This document shows positions 20,432 to 31,459 of a stretch of 64,000 nt of DNA, piece after piece. This DNA comes from an uncultured delta proteobacterium. GTDB taxonomy: Bacteria > Desulfobacterota > RBG-13-43-22. The notes beneath the pieces were generated by a model. The model saw nothing but the letters and a program-made list of their open reading frames with translations. It did no database searches and was not told the origin of the DNA. A program made the position numbers and the translations under genes. Position 1 is the stretch's first letter. Each line of letters begins with the position of its first letter. Location: positions 64,001 through 128,000 of the forward strand of contig CAVQFQ010000010.1 of the NCBI GenBank assembly GCA_963711835.1, read 5' to 3'.

Positions 20432-22468
20432 TTAAACCGCCGCCAGCTTCTGCCGGTCGGCCATATCCATAAGCACCCGTTCACGGGCCTTGTCGATCCC
20501 CAGGGCTTTTCGTTTGGCGTCGATATGGGCGATCATCCTGTGGGCCATTTCATAAGGGTCTTCCACGAAATCCCACTTGCCTCCCACGACGTTCTCCAGG
20601 CCGTTGAAGAGATAGTCTTTAAACACCGGGGAGCCTTCCACCGGCAGATGCACTCCAAAAAGGGTATAGACCCCGGAAGCCACAAAATACTGCCCGATGG
20701 AGATGGCTTTTTCACTCATCCACTCCGGGGCGCAGCCGGCCGCCGGCAGATCGCTGATATCGTTGCCCAGACCGCCGGCCTTAACCACTTCGGTGGCGGC
20801 CATCAGGATGCGGCTGTTGTCCACGCAGGAGCCCATATGGAGCACCGGCGGAATGCCCACGGTCTCGCAGACCTCGGCCAGGCCGGGACCGCAGTAAACC
20901 CGGGCCGCTTCCGGAGTCAGCAACCCGGCCTTGCCGCAGGCCATGGCATTGCAGCCGGTGGTCAGAACGATGACATCGTTTTTCAGCAGTTCTTTGACCA
21001 CGATCAAGTGGGCGCTGTCGTGCATGGTCCGGGCGTTGTTGCAGCCCACGACCCCGCCGATGCCGCGGATGCGGCCGTTGATGATGTTATCGTTCAAGGG
21101 GGTATATGATCCCCGGAAGGTCCCGCCCAGGTGGTAATTGATGGCCTCATAACTGAACCCGACGACCATCTTTTCCTTTGCTTTGGGGATCAGCACCTCG
21201 GCGCCTCGATTGGCGAAGTTGTCAATGGCCGTTTTCACGATCCGTTTGGCGTCCTCCAGGGCATGGTGTTCGTCGAACTGAATGTGCACGGTATCCCCGG
21301 ATTTGATCTTAGCCCGGGGGTTGGTGGTAATGATCTTGGTATGGTAGCATTGGGCCACGTTGGCCAGGTTCTCCATGATGCACTGGACGTCGACCACCAT
21401 GGCATCTACGGCCCCGGTGATGATGGCCAGTTCCTGTTGCAAATAATTTCCGGCTATGGGCATGCCGTGACGGACCAGGATCTCATTGGCCGTACAGCAC
21501 ATCCCGGCCAGGACGATCCCTTTGGCCCCCTTGGATTTGGCATAGTCCAGCATCTCGGGATCCTGGGAAGCCACCACGATCATTTCGGAGAGCAGCGGCT
21601 CGTGACCATGGACAATGATGTTGACATGGTCGCTTTTCAGGACCCCCAGATTGATCTCCCCGTGAATGGGATAGGGCGTTCCAAAAAGGACATCCTGTAA
21701 ATCGGTGGCGATCATCGAACCGGCCCAACCGTCGGCCAAGGCCGCCCGGGAACCCTGTTTCATCAGGTTTTCATAGTCCTGGTCCACCCCCATGTGGGTC
21801 CGGTGCATTATCTCGACGATCTCCCGGTCTATCCCGCGGGGGATGATATCCAATTTTTTCCAGAGATCATAACGGGCCTTGGGGGCGCGCTTGGCATAGT
21901 AGACTTCGCCCTCCTGTTTTCCCCATTCGCCCAGGGCTTTTTGGCCCACTTCGACGGCGATGTCATTAATATCCCGGTCTTTTTCTTCCCCGTCGACGGC
22001 CACCGTAGTCGCTACCTCGAAATCCGGGGCAATTTGTTTGAGTTTGAGTTCGTCCTTTATCTGATAGTCATGGGTTTCCTGCCTGGCTGCAGCCAGGAAA
22101 ACTTCGGCTATGCCCCGGCCATGGTCGGAGTGGGCGGCCGCGCCGGCAGCGATCATGCGGACAAAGTTACGGGCGGCAATGGTTTCCGGTGTGGCCCCGC
22201 AAAGTCCCATGCGGGTATCTTTGCCTTCCAGGTCCTTCTTGGTCAAGGGCAGGCGGCAGGGACCCTGGGCGCACATCTTGCAGCAGGTGCCCTGGATGCC
22301 GATATTACAGGGTTTCATGGTTTCGGCCCGGTCAAAGATCGTTTCCACCCCATCCTTCTGGGCCTTATGGAGCATCTGGATCGTTGCCGGATCTACGCTC
22401 TTTTCTTCAGGTTTTATCGGTTTCTTTTCTTTTTCGACGACCTTTAATTTGGTATCTTCAGATGACAT
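20432..22468 (-). CDS. cooS: Ni,Fe carbon monoxide dehydrogenase catalytic subunit
   Basis: PC-x6-TCCKMCAQGPC; GAAAHSDHGR; HGHEP; GMCCT; GCNN; GSCVDNSR; WMSEKA. Confidence 0.98.
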   Translation of the reverse strand: MSSEDTKLKVVEKEKKPIKPEEKSVDPATIQMLHKAQKDGVETIFDRAETMKPCNIGIQGTCCKMCAQGPCRLPLTKKDLEGKDTRMGLCGATPETIAARNFVRMIAAGAAAHSDHGRGIAEVFLAAARQETHDYQIKDELKLKQIAPDFEVATTVAVDGEEKDRDINDIAVEVGQKALGEWGKQEGEVYYAKRAPKARYDLWKKLDIIPRGIDREIVEIMHRTHMGVDQDYENLMKQGSRAALADGWAGSMIATDLQDVLFGTPYPIHGEINLGVLKSDHVNIIVHGHEPLLSEMIVVASQDPEMLDYAKSKGAKGIVLAGMCCTANEILVRHGMPIAGNYLQQELAIITGAVDAMVVDVQCIMENLANVAQCYHTKIITTNPRAKIKSGDTVHIQFDEHHALEDAKRIVKTAIDNFANRGAEVLIPKAKEKMVVGFSYEAINYHLGGTFRGSYTPLNDNIINGRIRGIGGVVGCNNARTMHDSAHLIVVKELLKNDVIVLTTGCNAMACGKAGLLTPEAARVYCGPGLAEVCETVGIPPVLHMGSCVDNSRILMAATEVVKAGGLGNDISDLPAAGCAPEWMSEKAISIGQYFVASGVYTLFGVHLPVEGSPVFKDYLFNGLENVVGGKWDFVEDPYEMAHRMIAHIDAKRKALGIDKARERVLMDMADRQKLAAV

Positions 22469-22490
22469 CTTTTACATCCTCCTGTTTATT

Positions 22491-24038
22491 CTATAAACGT
22501 CGATTTACCCGGTTAATCTGTTCAATCAATTTATCCACCTGGCTCTTTTGCGTTTCGGCAGCCTTGACTTCCCGCGGCGATTCGGTGCAAATCTCACCCT
22601 TTTCAGTCTCCCGTTTAATCCTCTCCGCGGCCCGGGCCTGCTGAAGGGCCTCTTCGGCAGCCTCGGCTTTGGCCTTAGCCTCGTCCCTGGCTTTTTTCTC
22701 AGTCTCGGCTCTGGCTTTGACCTCCGCCTCGGCTTTGGCTTTGGCGTCTGCTTCGGCTTTGGCCTTGGCTTCCGCTTCCGCCTTCGCTTTGTCCTCGGCC
22801 TCGGCCTGGGCTTTGGCTTCCGCTTCGGCCTTGATCTTGGCCTCTTCTTCAGCCGAAACCTTGGCCGGTTCTTCTGCTTTCGGGGTGGCGGCCTTAGGTG
22901 CAGCCGGTTCGGCCTTGGGAGCCGGCGCTGCTTTGGCCGGGGCCGGTTTGGCCTTGGGGGGAGCAGCCGGTTTTTTCTCTTCTTTTTTCTCCGGCCCGGC
23001 TACGACGGTCTTGACGATCTCCGGATAGGTCCCCTCCGGTTTGACATTCAAGGCCTTCAGCTTGGCGGCCAAGTCCGCCGGGCTGAGGTCCTTATCCCCG
23101 GTGATTAAAAGATCCATGAATTTTTTAACCAAGGTCACGCTCTCCGGGTGCCTCATGATGAGGACATCGGAACCGGCCAGAAGGTAGGCAACCGCCCCAA
23201 CCCCTTCCATCAGGACCCCTCTTTTGGCCTGGTCACCCAGGGTAGGGGCCTCTTCATTGGTCAACTTGGTCTCTTTGGATTTCCAGATCTCATTCCCCAG
23301 ATTATTGATCATCGGGTATTGGAGTTTTTCGTCTTCCTGGGCCAGGGCGGCCATGCGGATCCGTTCCATGACCGAATACGAATATTCCAGGCCGTAGCCC
23401 AGCCCCCCGGTAGTAGGATCAATCATAATCCTTTCTTTGGGAACCCCCAGATTTTCCAATAAAATATTTAACTGCTTGGCCAGGTTGACATCGATCGGGG
23501 TAGAAGCAATGAGGGTATGATTGTAACCCAGGGCCGCAGCCCCGATCTGTTTATGGTTGCCCTCCGCCACCGGACCGATGGTCAAGTTGGCACCCTGGCA
23601 GTCTTCGCTGATTTTACGGAGGACATCGCTATCTTTTTTCTCATTGCCGGATCCCCAGACGATCACCGGGACCTTTACGGCTTTTAATACCTTTTGGACT
23701 GTCTTGGAGGCCTCCTCCGGGCCCTTATCCAATCCATTGGGGTCGGTGCTTTTCAGTTGAACGACGATCATTTCGGCCCCATACTTCTCGACACATTTCT
23801 TGGCCCAGGCAGCCGGATCATCCAGTACATCCGTAAACGGAGCCAAAGCCGCATCCGACCAGTCCTCCGGCCGCATGTCCCAGACTTCCATGGCGATTCT
23901 GGGAGGATGGGGCATCTTTCCTTCAAATAGCAGGAAAGGATAGGACGTTTCTCCTCCGAAGGTTTGGGGAGAACCTTTCCCGATCGTCACCTCGTTGATT
24001 TTTCCCGAATAGGATAATTTAGGAAGTTCGAAGGCCAA
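22491..24038 (-). CDS. acsD: Corrinoid Fe-S protein small (delta) subunit with a long Ala/Lys/Glu/Pro-rich C-terminal extension
   Basis: DVNLAKQLN; DPTTGGLGYGLEYSYSVMERIR; MRHP; TTG start with AGGAGG RBS. Confidence 0.95.
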   Translation of the reverse strand: MAFELPKLSYSGKINEVTIGKGSPQTFGGETSYPFLLFEGKMPHPPRIAMEVWDMRPEDWSDAALAPFTDVLDDPAAWAKKCVEKYGAEMIVVQLKSTDPNGLDKGPEEASKTVQKVLKAVKVPVIVWGSGNEKKDSDVLRKISEDCQGANLTIGPVAEGNHKQIGAAALGYNHTLIASTPIDVNLAKQLNILLENLGVPKERIMIDPTTGGLGYGLEYSYSVMERIRMAALAQEDEKLQYPMINNLGNEIWKSKETKLTNEEAPTLGDQAKRGVLMEGVGAVAYLLAGSDVLIMRHPESVTLVKKFMDLLITGDKDLSPADLAAKLKALNVKPEGTYPEIVKTVVAGPEKKEEKKPAAPPKAKPAPAKAAPAPKAEPAAPKAATPKAEEPAKVSAEEEAKIKAEAEAKAQAEAEDKAKAEAEAKAKAEADAKAKAEAEVKARAETEKKARDEAKAKAEAAEEALQQARAAERIKRETEKGEICTESPREVKAAETQKSQVDKLIEQINRVNRRL

Positions 24039-24256
24039 TGGTATACCCTCCTTTTAAGGTAATTATATAAACTACTTGGTAGCCTTGAAGTCGTTGGATT
24101 AAATACCCCGAAGCAGGCGGCCGGGGCTCTTAGGGGAGGGTGTTGCTCTACTTAAGAGCTGGATCTGCCGCATGGCAGGGAATTATCAAACCATCCTTTA
24201 TTGTGAATTTTATTACTTAAAGGAGGTTGCTTCTTTTGTCAAGAAAAATAAATCCT

Positions 24257-25054
24257 TTATTCCTGATTAGGAAGAATATCCGTTCCGGTGCCGGGAGTTT
24301 CGTCAAAAAGGCGGTCAAAGAATTGAAAAGCCTTTTTGAGGGCCGGGGACTCTTCCGGCAGCTTCGAGGTGGGCTTTCCTTCTTTGTCAAACGAGTAAAT
24401 CAACTCGTCTTTGGGGACAATGCCCAGGAGACTTAATCCGTTTTCCTTCAATAAGGAACCCCATTCCTCAAGGTCGGCTAAGTCTTTTTTTTCCGCCTGG
24501 TTGATGATGACATATTTTTTCTCTATCTTTAATCCCAATTCCTTGGCCAACTGCCCGATACGAACAGCGGCCTGAAGCCCCCGGCGGGAACTATCCGATA
24601 CGAGGAGCAGGACATTGATATTTCGAGTGGTTAAACGGCTGATATGCTCCATTCCGGCTTCATTATCAACCACGATATAAGGATAATTTTCGGACAACCG
24701 TTCAACAAATTCAGTCAGCAGGGTATTGGCCGCACAATAGCACCCCTGTCCTTCAGGACGGCCCATGACGATCAAGTCAAAACCCTCGGCTTCGACCAGG
24801 GCTTCCTGGATCCTCATTTCCATAAAGATGTCCTTGGTCATCCCCGGCAGTCCCCCTTTTTTCATTTCTTCTCGGGCGTCCCCCAGGGTTTGGCCGGCCA
24901 TAACGCCTAAGACTTCATTTAAATTGGCGTTGGCATCGGCATCCACGGCCAGTATCGGTTTCTTTCCTTTTTCAACCATATAGCGGATCAGGAGGCCGGC
25001 CAGGGTCGTTTTTCCCGTTCCTCCTTTTCCTGCTAAGGCTATGATAGTGCTCAT
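24257..25054 (-). CDS. cooC: CooC/AcsF nickel-insertion ATPase
   Basis: GKGGTGKTT; VDAD; GCYC; DNEAGMEH. Confidence 0.96.
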   Translation of the reverse strand: MSTIIALAGKGGTGKTTLAGLLIRYMVEKGKKPILAVDADANANLNEVLGVMAGQTLGDAREEMKKGGLPGMTKDIFMEMRIQEALVEAEGFDLIVMGRPEGQGCYCAANTLLTEFVERLSENYPYIVVDNEAGMEHISRLTTRNINVLLLVSDSSRRGLQAAVRIGQLAKELGLKIEKKYVIINQAEKKDLADLEEWGSLLKENGLSLLGIVPKDELIYSFDKEGKPTSKLPEESPALKKAFQFFDRLFDETPGTGTDILPNQE

Positions 25055-25056
25055 TT

Positions 25057-27024
25057 TTAGTTCCCTCCGGGCGATTCCAGCCTTCTTTCCATACAGGAAA
25101 CCTTCTCAAAGACCTCGGGAAAGAGGTTCTGGTCGGTGTGAGGTAAAAAGAGGGCGGCCACATAATTATTCATAAAATTTACATTTTCACTCAACTCGAT
25201 GTTGGTGGTCTTATTGAAAATCCTCTTTACTTCGGTTCTTAACACATTCGAGAGGGAAATCAAGCGGGCACCCAAGAGGGAGCCGTTTCCGATAAATTTA
25301 AATCTTTCCAGGGGCAGTTCCGGCAGAAGGCCTATGGTAATTGATTTTTCGATATTAATATAATTTCCGAACCCGCCGGCAATGATCACCTGTTCCAGAT
25401 CATTCATACTCAGGCCCACTTCGCTTAAGAGCGTCATATACCCGGCATACATGGCCCCTTTGGCCCGGATCAGGTTGTCGATGTCGACCTCGGTTATGAC
25501 AATGTCCCTTCCCACCTGGGTATCCCCGGCCCAGGCCAGAACATATTCCAGGCCGTCCCCTCCTTCGCGTATCCGGTCGGTTTTTAAGCCGCTCTTGAAC
25601 TTGCCGTTCTGATCCAGAACGCAGGCCTCCAACAACCCGGCCACCACATTGATCAACCCGGAGCCGCAGATTCCCTTGGGTTTGACCATGCCCACGGTCA
25701 GGATCATGGGTTCAAAGGTGGTCGGATTGACGCTGAAATCTTCTATGGCCCCTCCGGTGGCTCTCATACCGTGTTTTATCCCGCCCCCTTCAAAGGCCGG
25801 ACCGGCGGAACAGGCCGAGCAGGTCATCCAATCGGAATTTCCGATAACAATCTCTCCATTGGTTCCCAGATCGATATAAAGCGTCAGCTTTTCTTGCCGG
25901 TACATCCCCGATCCCATGACCCCGGAAATGACATCCCCTCCCACATAACTGGCAATACAGGGAAACAGAAAGGCCTGAACGTGTCCTCCAACATGAAGGC
26001 CTAATTCCTTGGCCAGGACCGGAGGAAAATAATTCATCGACGGGGTATAGGGGGCTTCCCGGATATAGCGGGGTTCGATTTCCAGAAACAAGTGGGTCAT
26101 GGTGGTATTGCCGGCCAAAGTGAGGTGGGTGATGGCCTCCAAAGGGACCTGATGTTTGTTGAGGAGTTGTTTAATGATGCCGTTGATGGTGGAAACCACC
26201 AGATCTTTCATTTTCTGCAATCCGCCCGGCTTCTGAGCAAACACTATTCTCGAAATAACATCTTCCCCGTAACTGATTTGGGCGTTGTAATCCACATGTT
26301 GGGCTAAGATATTCCCGTTATTCAGGTCCAGTAATTGTCCCCAGACCGTGGTCGTACCGATGTCTATGGCCAGGGCATAATTTTGTCCGGTCGTCTCCCC
26401 AGGTTCGATATTAATCAACTGGATTTTTCCCCCGCTTTTTCGGGGTATTCCCAGGGTAACGGTCACCTTCCAGTCGCTTTCTCTTAAAATGGAAGAGAGT
26501 TTTTTTATGGTATAAAAGTCCACCGTGACATTTTGCAGTCCATGGACCTGTTTTAAGGCCCGGATCAGACGGGAAAGGTCGCTGATATTATCGGAGAGGG
26601 AGGGGGGGGTGATTTCCAGGTATCTTTTTTCGATCGGGGGATGGAACCTGCCGTCGATGATCAGATCTTCGATCTTGATTTGGGAAACTACCTGCCAGGC
26701 CCCGGATCGGGGGCGATCCCGGTCCAGGACCTTCCGATCGAGTTGGGACTCGGCCGGAATGGTCACCTCCAAATCTCCTTTTACCCGGGTCTTGCAAGCC
26801 TGCCGGACTCCCAGGGTCCAATCTTCGGGGGTGAGTTTTTCGGTTGTTTGACTCTCCACCTGGCCTTTGTCAATAATGACCCGGCATTTTCCGCAAACAC
26901 CCTCTCCCCCGCAGGAGGCATTAATGTGGACGCCGGCCTGCATGGCAGCTCGGAGCAAATTTTCCCCCTCCGGGACAAACACCTCTATCCGGCCCGGATT
27001 AAAAACAATTTTTCTTTCTTCCAT
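25057..27024 (-). CDS. acsV: Reductive activator of corrinoid proteins (RACo/AcsV, 2Fe-2S plus ASKHA domain)
   Basis: CGGEGVCGKC...C; DIGTTT; YGEDVISRI; DLGTNGE; AGPAFEG; GICGSG. Confidence 0.95.
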   Translation of the reverse strand: MEERKIVFNPGRIEVFVPEGENLLRAAMQAGVHINASCGGEGVCGKCRVIIDKGQVESQTTEKLTPEDWTLGVRQACKTRVKGDLEVTIPAESQLDRKVLDRDRPRSGAWQVVSQIKIEDLIIDGRFHPPIEKRYLEITPPSLSDNISDLSRLIRALKQVHGLQNVTVDFYTIKKLSSILRESDWKVTVTLGIPRKSGGKIQLINIEPGETTGQNYALAIDIGTTTVWGQLLDLNNGNILAQHVDYNAQISYGEDVISRIVFAQKPGGLQKMKDLVVSTINGIIKQLLNKHQVPLEAITHLTLAGNTTMTHLFLEIEPRYIREAPYTPSMNYFPPVLAKELGLHVGGHVQAFLFPCIASYVGGDVISGVMGSGMYRQEKLTLYIDLGTNGEIVIGNSDWMTCSACSAGPAFEGGGIKHGMRATGGAIEDFSVNPTTFEPMILTVGMVKPKGICGSGLINVVAGLLEACVLDQNGKFKSGLKTDRIREGGDGLEYVLAWAGDTQVGRDIVITEVDIDNLIRAKGAMYAGYMTLLSEVGLSMNDLEQVIIAGGFGNYINIEKSITIGLLPELPLERFKFIGNGSLLGARLISLSNVLRTEVKRIFNKTTNIELSENVNFMNNYVAALFLPHTDQNLFPEVFEKVSCMERRLESPGGN

Positions 27025-27107
27025 TTTTATTCATCCTCTTATTTGACACTTCAAATAAGATTCCTTCTTTCCTTTGTCAAGAAATTAACCTCGAAGTTGC
27101 ATAAAAA

Positions 27108-27137
27108 TTGATTGATAAAGAGTTTTTTATCAATCAA
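27108..27137. promoter_or_regulatory. Operator-like palindrome upstream of the acs cluster
   Basis: Perfect 12-bp IR TTGATTGATAAA-N6-TTTATCAATCAA; an extra TCAATCAA half-site near 27210. Confidence 0.55.
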
Positions 27138-27230
27138 AGCAGCTTGTTCTGACGATTTTGGCCCCAATGCTAAAATTCACCCCGGGTGAGGTTCGGTATT
27201 TAAAAATTTTCAATCAATTTTTACCCTTCG

Positions 27231-27377
27231 GGAAAGTCTGGGAGGCCGTCCCACCGCGGCGGGATTGTCCAGGGCTGGCAGTATGCCTATACAGCCTCGC
27301 CCTGGACGTCTCGGATCTGCAACCTCCGAAACTTTTGCCACATCGAGGTGAAGATAGGCCAGGTTCCTGAAACTTCC
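27231..27377. ncRNA. Candidate structured RNA (closed multi-branch fold, family not recognised)
   Basis: GC-rich island in an AT-rich intergenic region; complementary ends enclose 3-4 back-to-back hairpins, including a perfect 9-bp stem. Confidence 0.5.
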
Positions 27378-27429
27378 AATATAACCCACTTTTAAGTTGC
27401 TTTTTAAAGAGGGTTGGTCTATAGTCATT

Positions 27430-27730
27430 TTTGAAGATTCTTTGAGTAATCAGTAAATTATAAAAGAATGACCCGTTTTTTTCCCTTTAAGCACAGTCCC
27501 TTCAATAGGCCTGGGATTGGTTGATGAAAAAGGCCTAAAAATCCTCCTTTCATTGAAAGGAAGGAAAAAACTGTTTTCACCTGTCTCAAGGTTATTAGGC
27601 AGGATATTAAATAAAGTGATTCTTTTTAAAATAAAAATTACGAACGGTTAGGTAACTTATCCCCTTTTCCAACCCTTCTATTACGGTTATTAAATTTTTA
27701 ATAAAAAGTACTAATTATAATAAAGGAGAA
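27430..27730. other. Probable replication origin (oriC) unwinding region
   Basis: AT-rich non-coding DNA abutting dnaN; degenerate tandem box TTATCCCCTTTTCCAAC, then TAT-TAC-GGT-TAT-TAA trio-like repeats and an AT tract. Confidence 0.55.
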
Positions 27731-27738
27731 TAACAAAA

Positions 27739-28875
27739 ATGGAACTAACCATCCAGAAACAAACCCTGTTGGATGGATTACAGATGGTCCAGGGGATCGT
27801 TGAAAAAAGAAGTTCTATGCCTATTCTCTCCAATGTCCTGTTCGAAACCGTTGACAGCGGTATTCAGATGGTGGCCACCGACTTGCAGGTCGGGATACGC
27901 TTAAAAGTCCCGGCCCAGGTCAAAGACCCGGGCGGAATCTCCTTGTTGGCCAGAAAACTTTATGAAATCGTAAGGGAATTACCGGATGAGGACGTTTATT
28001 TGAAACTGAATGAAAATAATCGGATTTTTCTTTCCTGTAAGGGTACTCAATATAATATTGTGGGGTTGCCGGCCTCTGATTTCCCGCCCTTGCCCGAGGT
28101 GGATTTGAAACAGGTTTTTTACCTGGAAGGGTCGGTATTAAAAGATATGATTCAAAGAACCATTATTTCCGTTGCCCTGGATGAGGGGCGATATAACCTT
28201 TCCGGGATCTTTTTTGAATATTTTCAAAAGGATGAAAAAAGTTGGCTTCGTATGGTCTCCACCGATGGACACCGCTTAACCCTTCAGGATAAGGAGATCG
28301 AACCCCTGGCGGAGGAGGTTTTTCCAAAAGGGGTTTTATTGCCCCGAAAAGCGGTAACCGAGTTGATAAAAATGTTAGAGACCGGCGGCCAGGTTCGCAT
28401 CGGCTTTAAAGATAATAATGGGGTCTTTACTAAAGACGAGACCATGATGGTCATGCGCTTATTGGAGAAGAAATTTCCGGATTATCAACTCGTCCTGCCT
28501 AAAAAAAAGGATAAATCTGTTTTAGTATCTAAAAACAATCTCTTGGATACCATGAAACGGATGGCCGTATTATCGACGGACCGCTATCGGGGGGTGAAAC
28601 TTCTCTTAAGTAAAGGGAACCTGGAAATTCAATCCGTTAATCCTGATCTTGGGGATGCCAAAGAGGCTATTCCCCTGGAGTACAAAGGAGGAAAACTGGA
28701 AGTGGGCTTTAATGGGCGGTTTTTTATCGATGCCCTCCAAATTATGGAAAGCGAGACCATTACCTTGGAATTAAGCGATTCAGTCAGCCCGGCGGTTCTC
28801 AGCGGGGAAAAGGATCCCGGATTTTTGGCCCTGATTATGCCCATGAAACTGATGGAAGATTCAGGGGAATCGTAA
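27739..28875 (+). CDS. dnaN: DNA polymerase III beta clamp
   Basis: MPILSNVL; ATDL; STDGHRL; FPDY; GFN; LIMPM. Confidence 0.98.
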   Translation: MELTIQKQTLLDGLQMVQGIVEKRSSMPILSNVLFETVDSGIQMVATDLQVGIRLKVPAQVKDPGGISLLARKLYEIVRELPDEDVYLKLNENNRIFLSCKGTQYNIVGLPASDFPPLPEVDLKQVFYLEGSVLKDMIQRTIISVALDEGRYNLSGIFFEYFQKDEKSWLRMVSTDGHRLTLQDKEIEPLAEEVFPKGVLLPRKAVTELIKMLETGGQVRIGFKDNNGVFTKDETMMVMRLLEKKFPDYQLVLPKKKDKSVLVSKNNLLDTMKRMAVLSTDRYRGVKLLLSKGNLEIQSVNPDLGDAKEAIPLEYKGGKLEVGFNGRFFIDALQIMESETITLELSDSVSPAVLSGEKDPGFLALIMPMKLMEDSGES

Positions 28876-28996
28876 CAACCCCTTCCTTACCCCCAACACC
28901 CTTGGTATCGCGGCCTTTGATAGGCGAGGTAATCGACGGCCGGGACGATACGCAAAAACAGGGAAAAAATCCATAAGGTATTAAAAAAAAGGTTGA

Positions 28997-31384
<2,388 letters not shown>

Positions 31385-31459
31385 AAAGACCAGGAAAATA
31401 CCTAACCAAACCCCTCGAACCCTGGACCCTCAGAATCCTTGAGCCCTCAAAGGAATTTT

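Noticed and set aside
22640-22860. Repetitive DNA resembling an array
   Set aside because: It is the coding AEAEAKAK repeat of acsD, not CRISPR. No CRISPR array or cas gene was seen in the window.
27308-27332. CTGCAAC loop and GGAA...TTCC ends suggesting tRNA-Cys, tRNA-Sec or selC*
   Set aside because: No T-loop (TTCGA), no D-arm pattern, and the wrong length and stem order.
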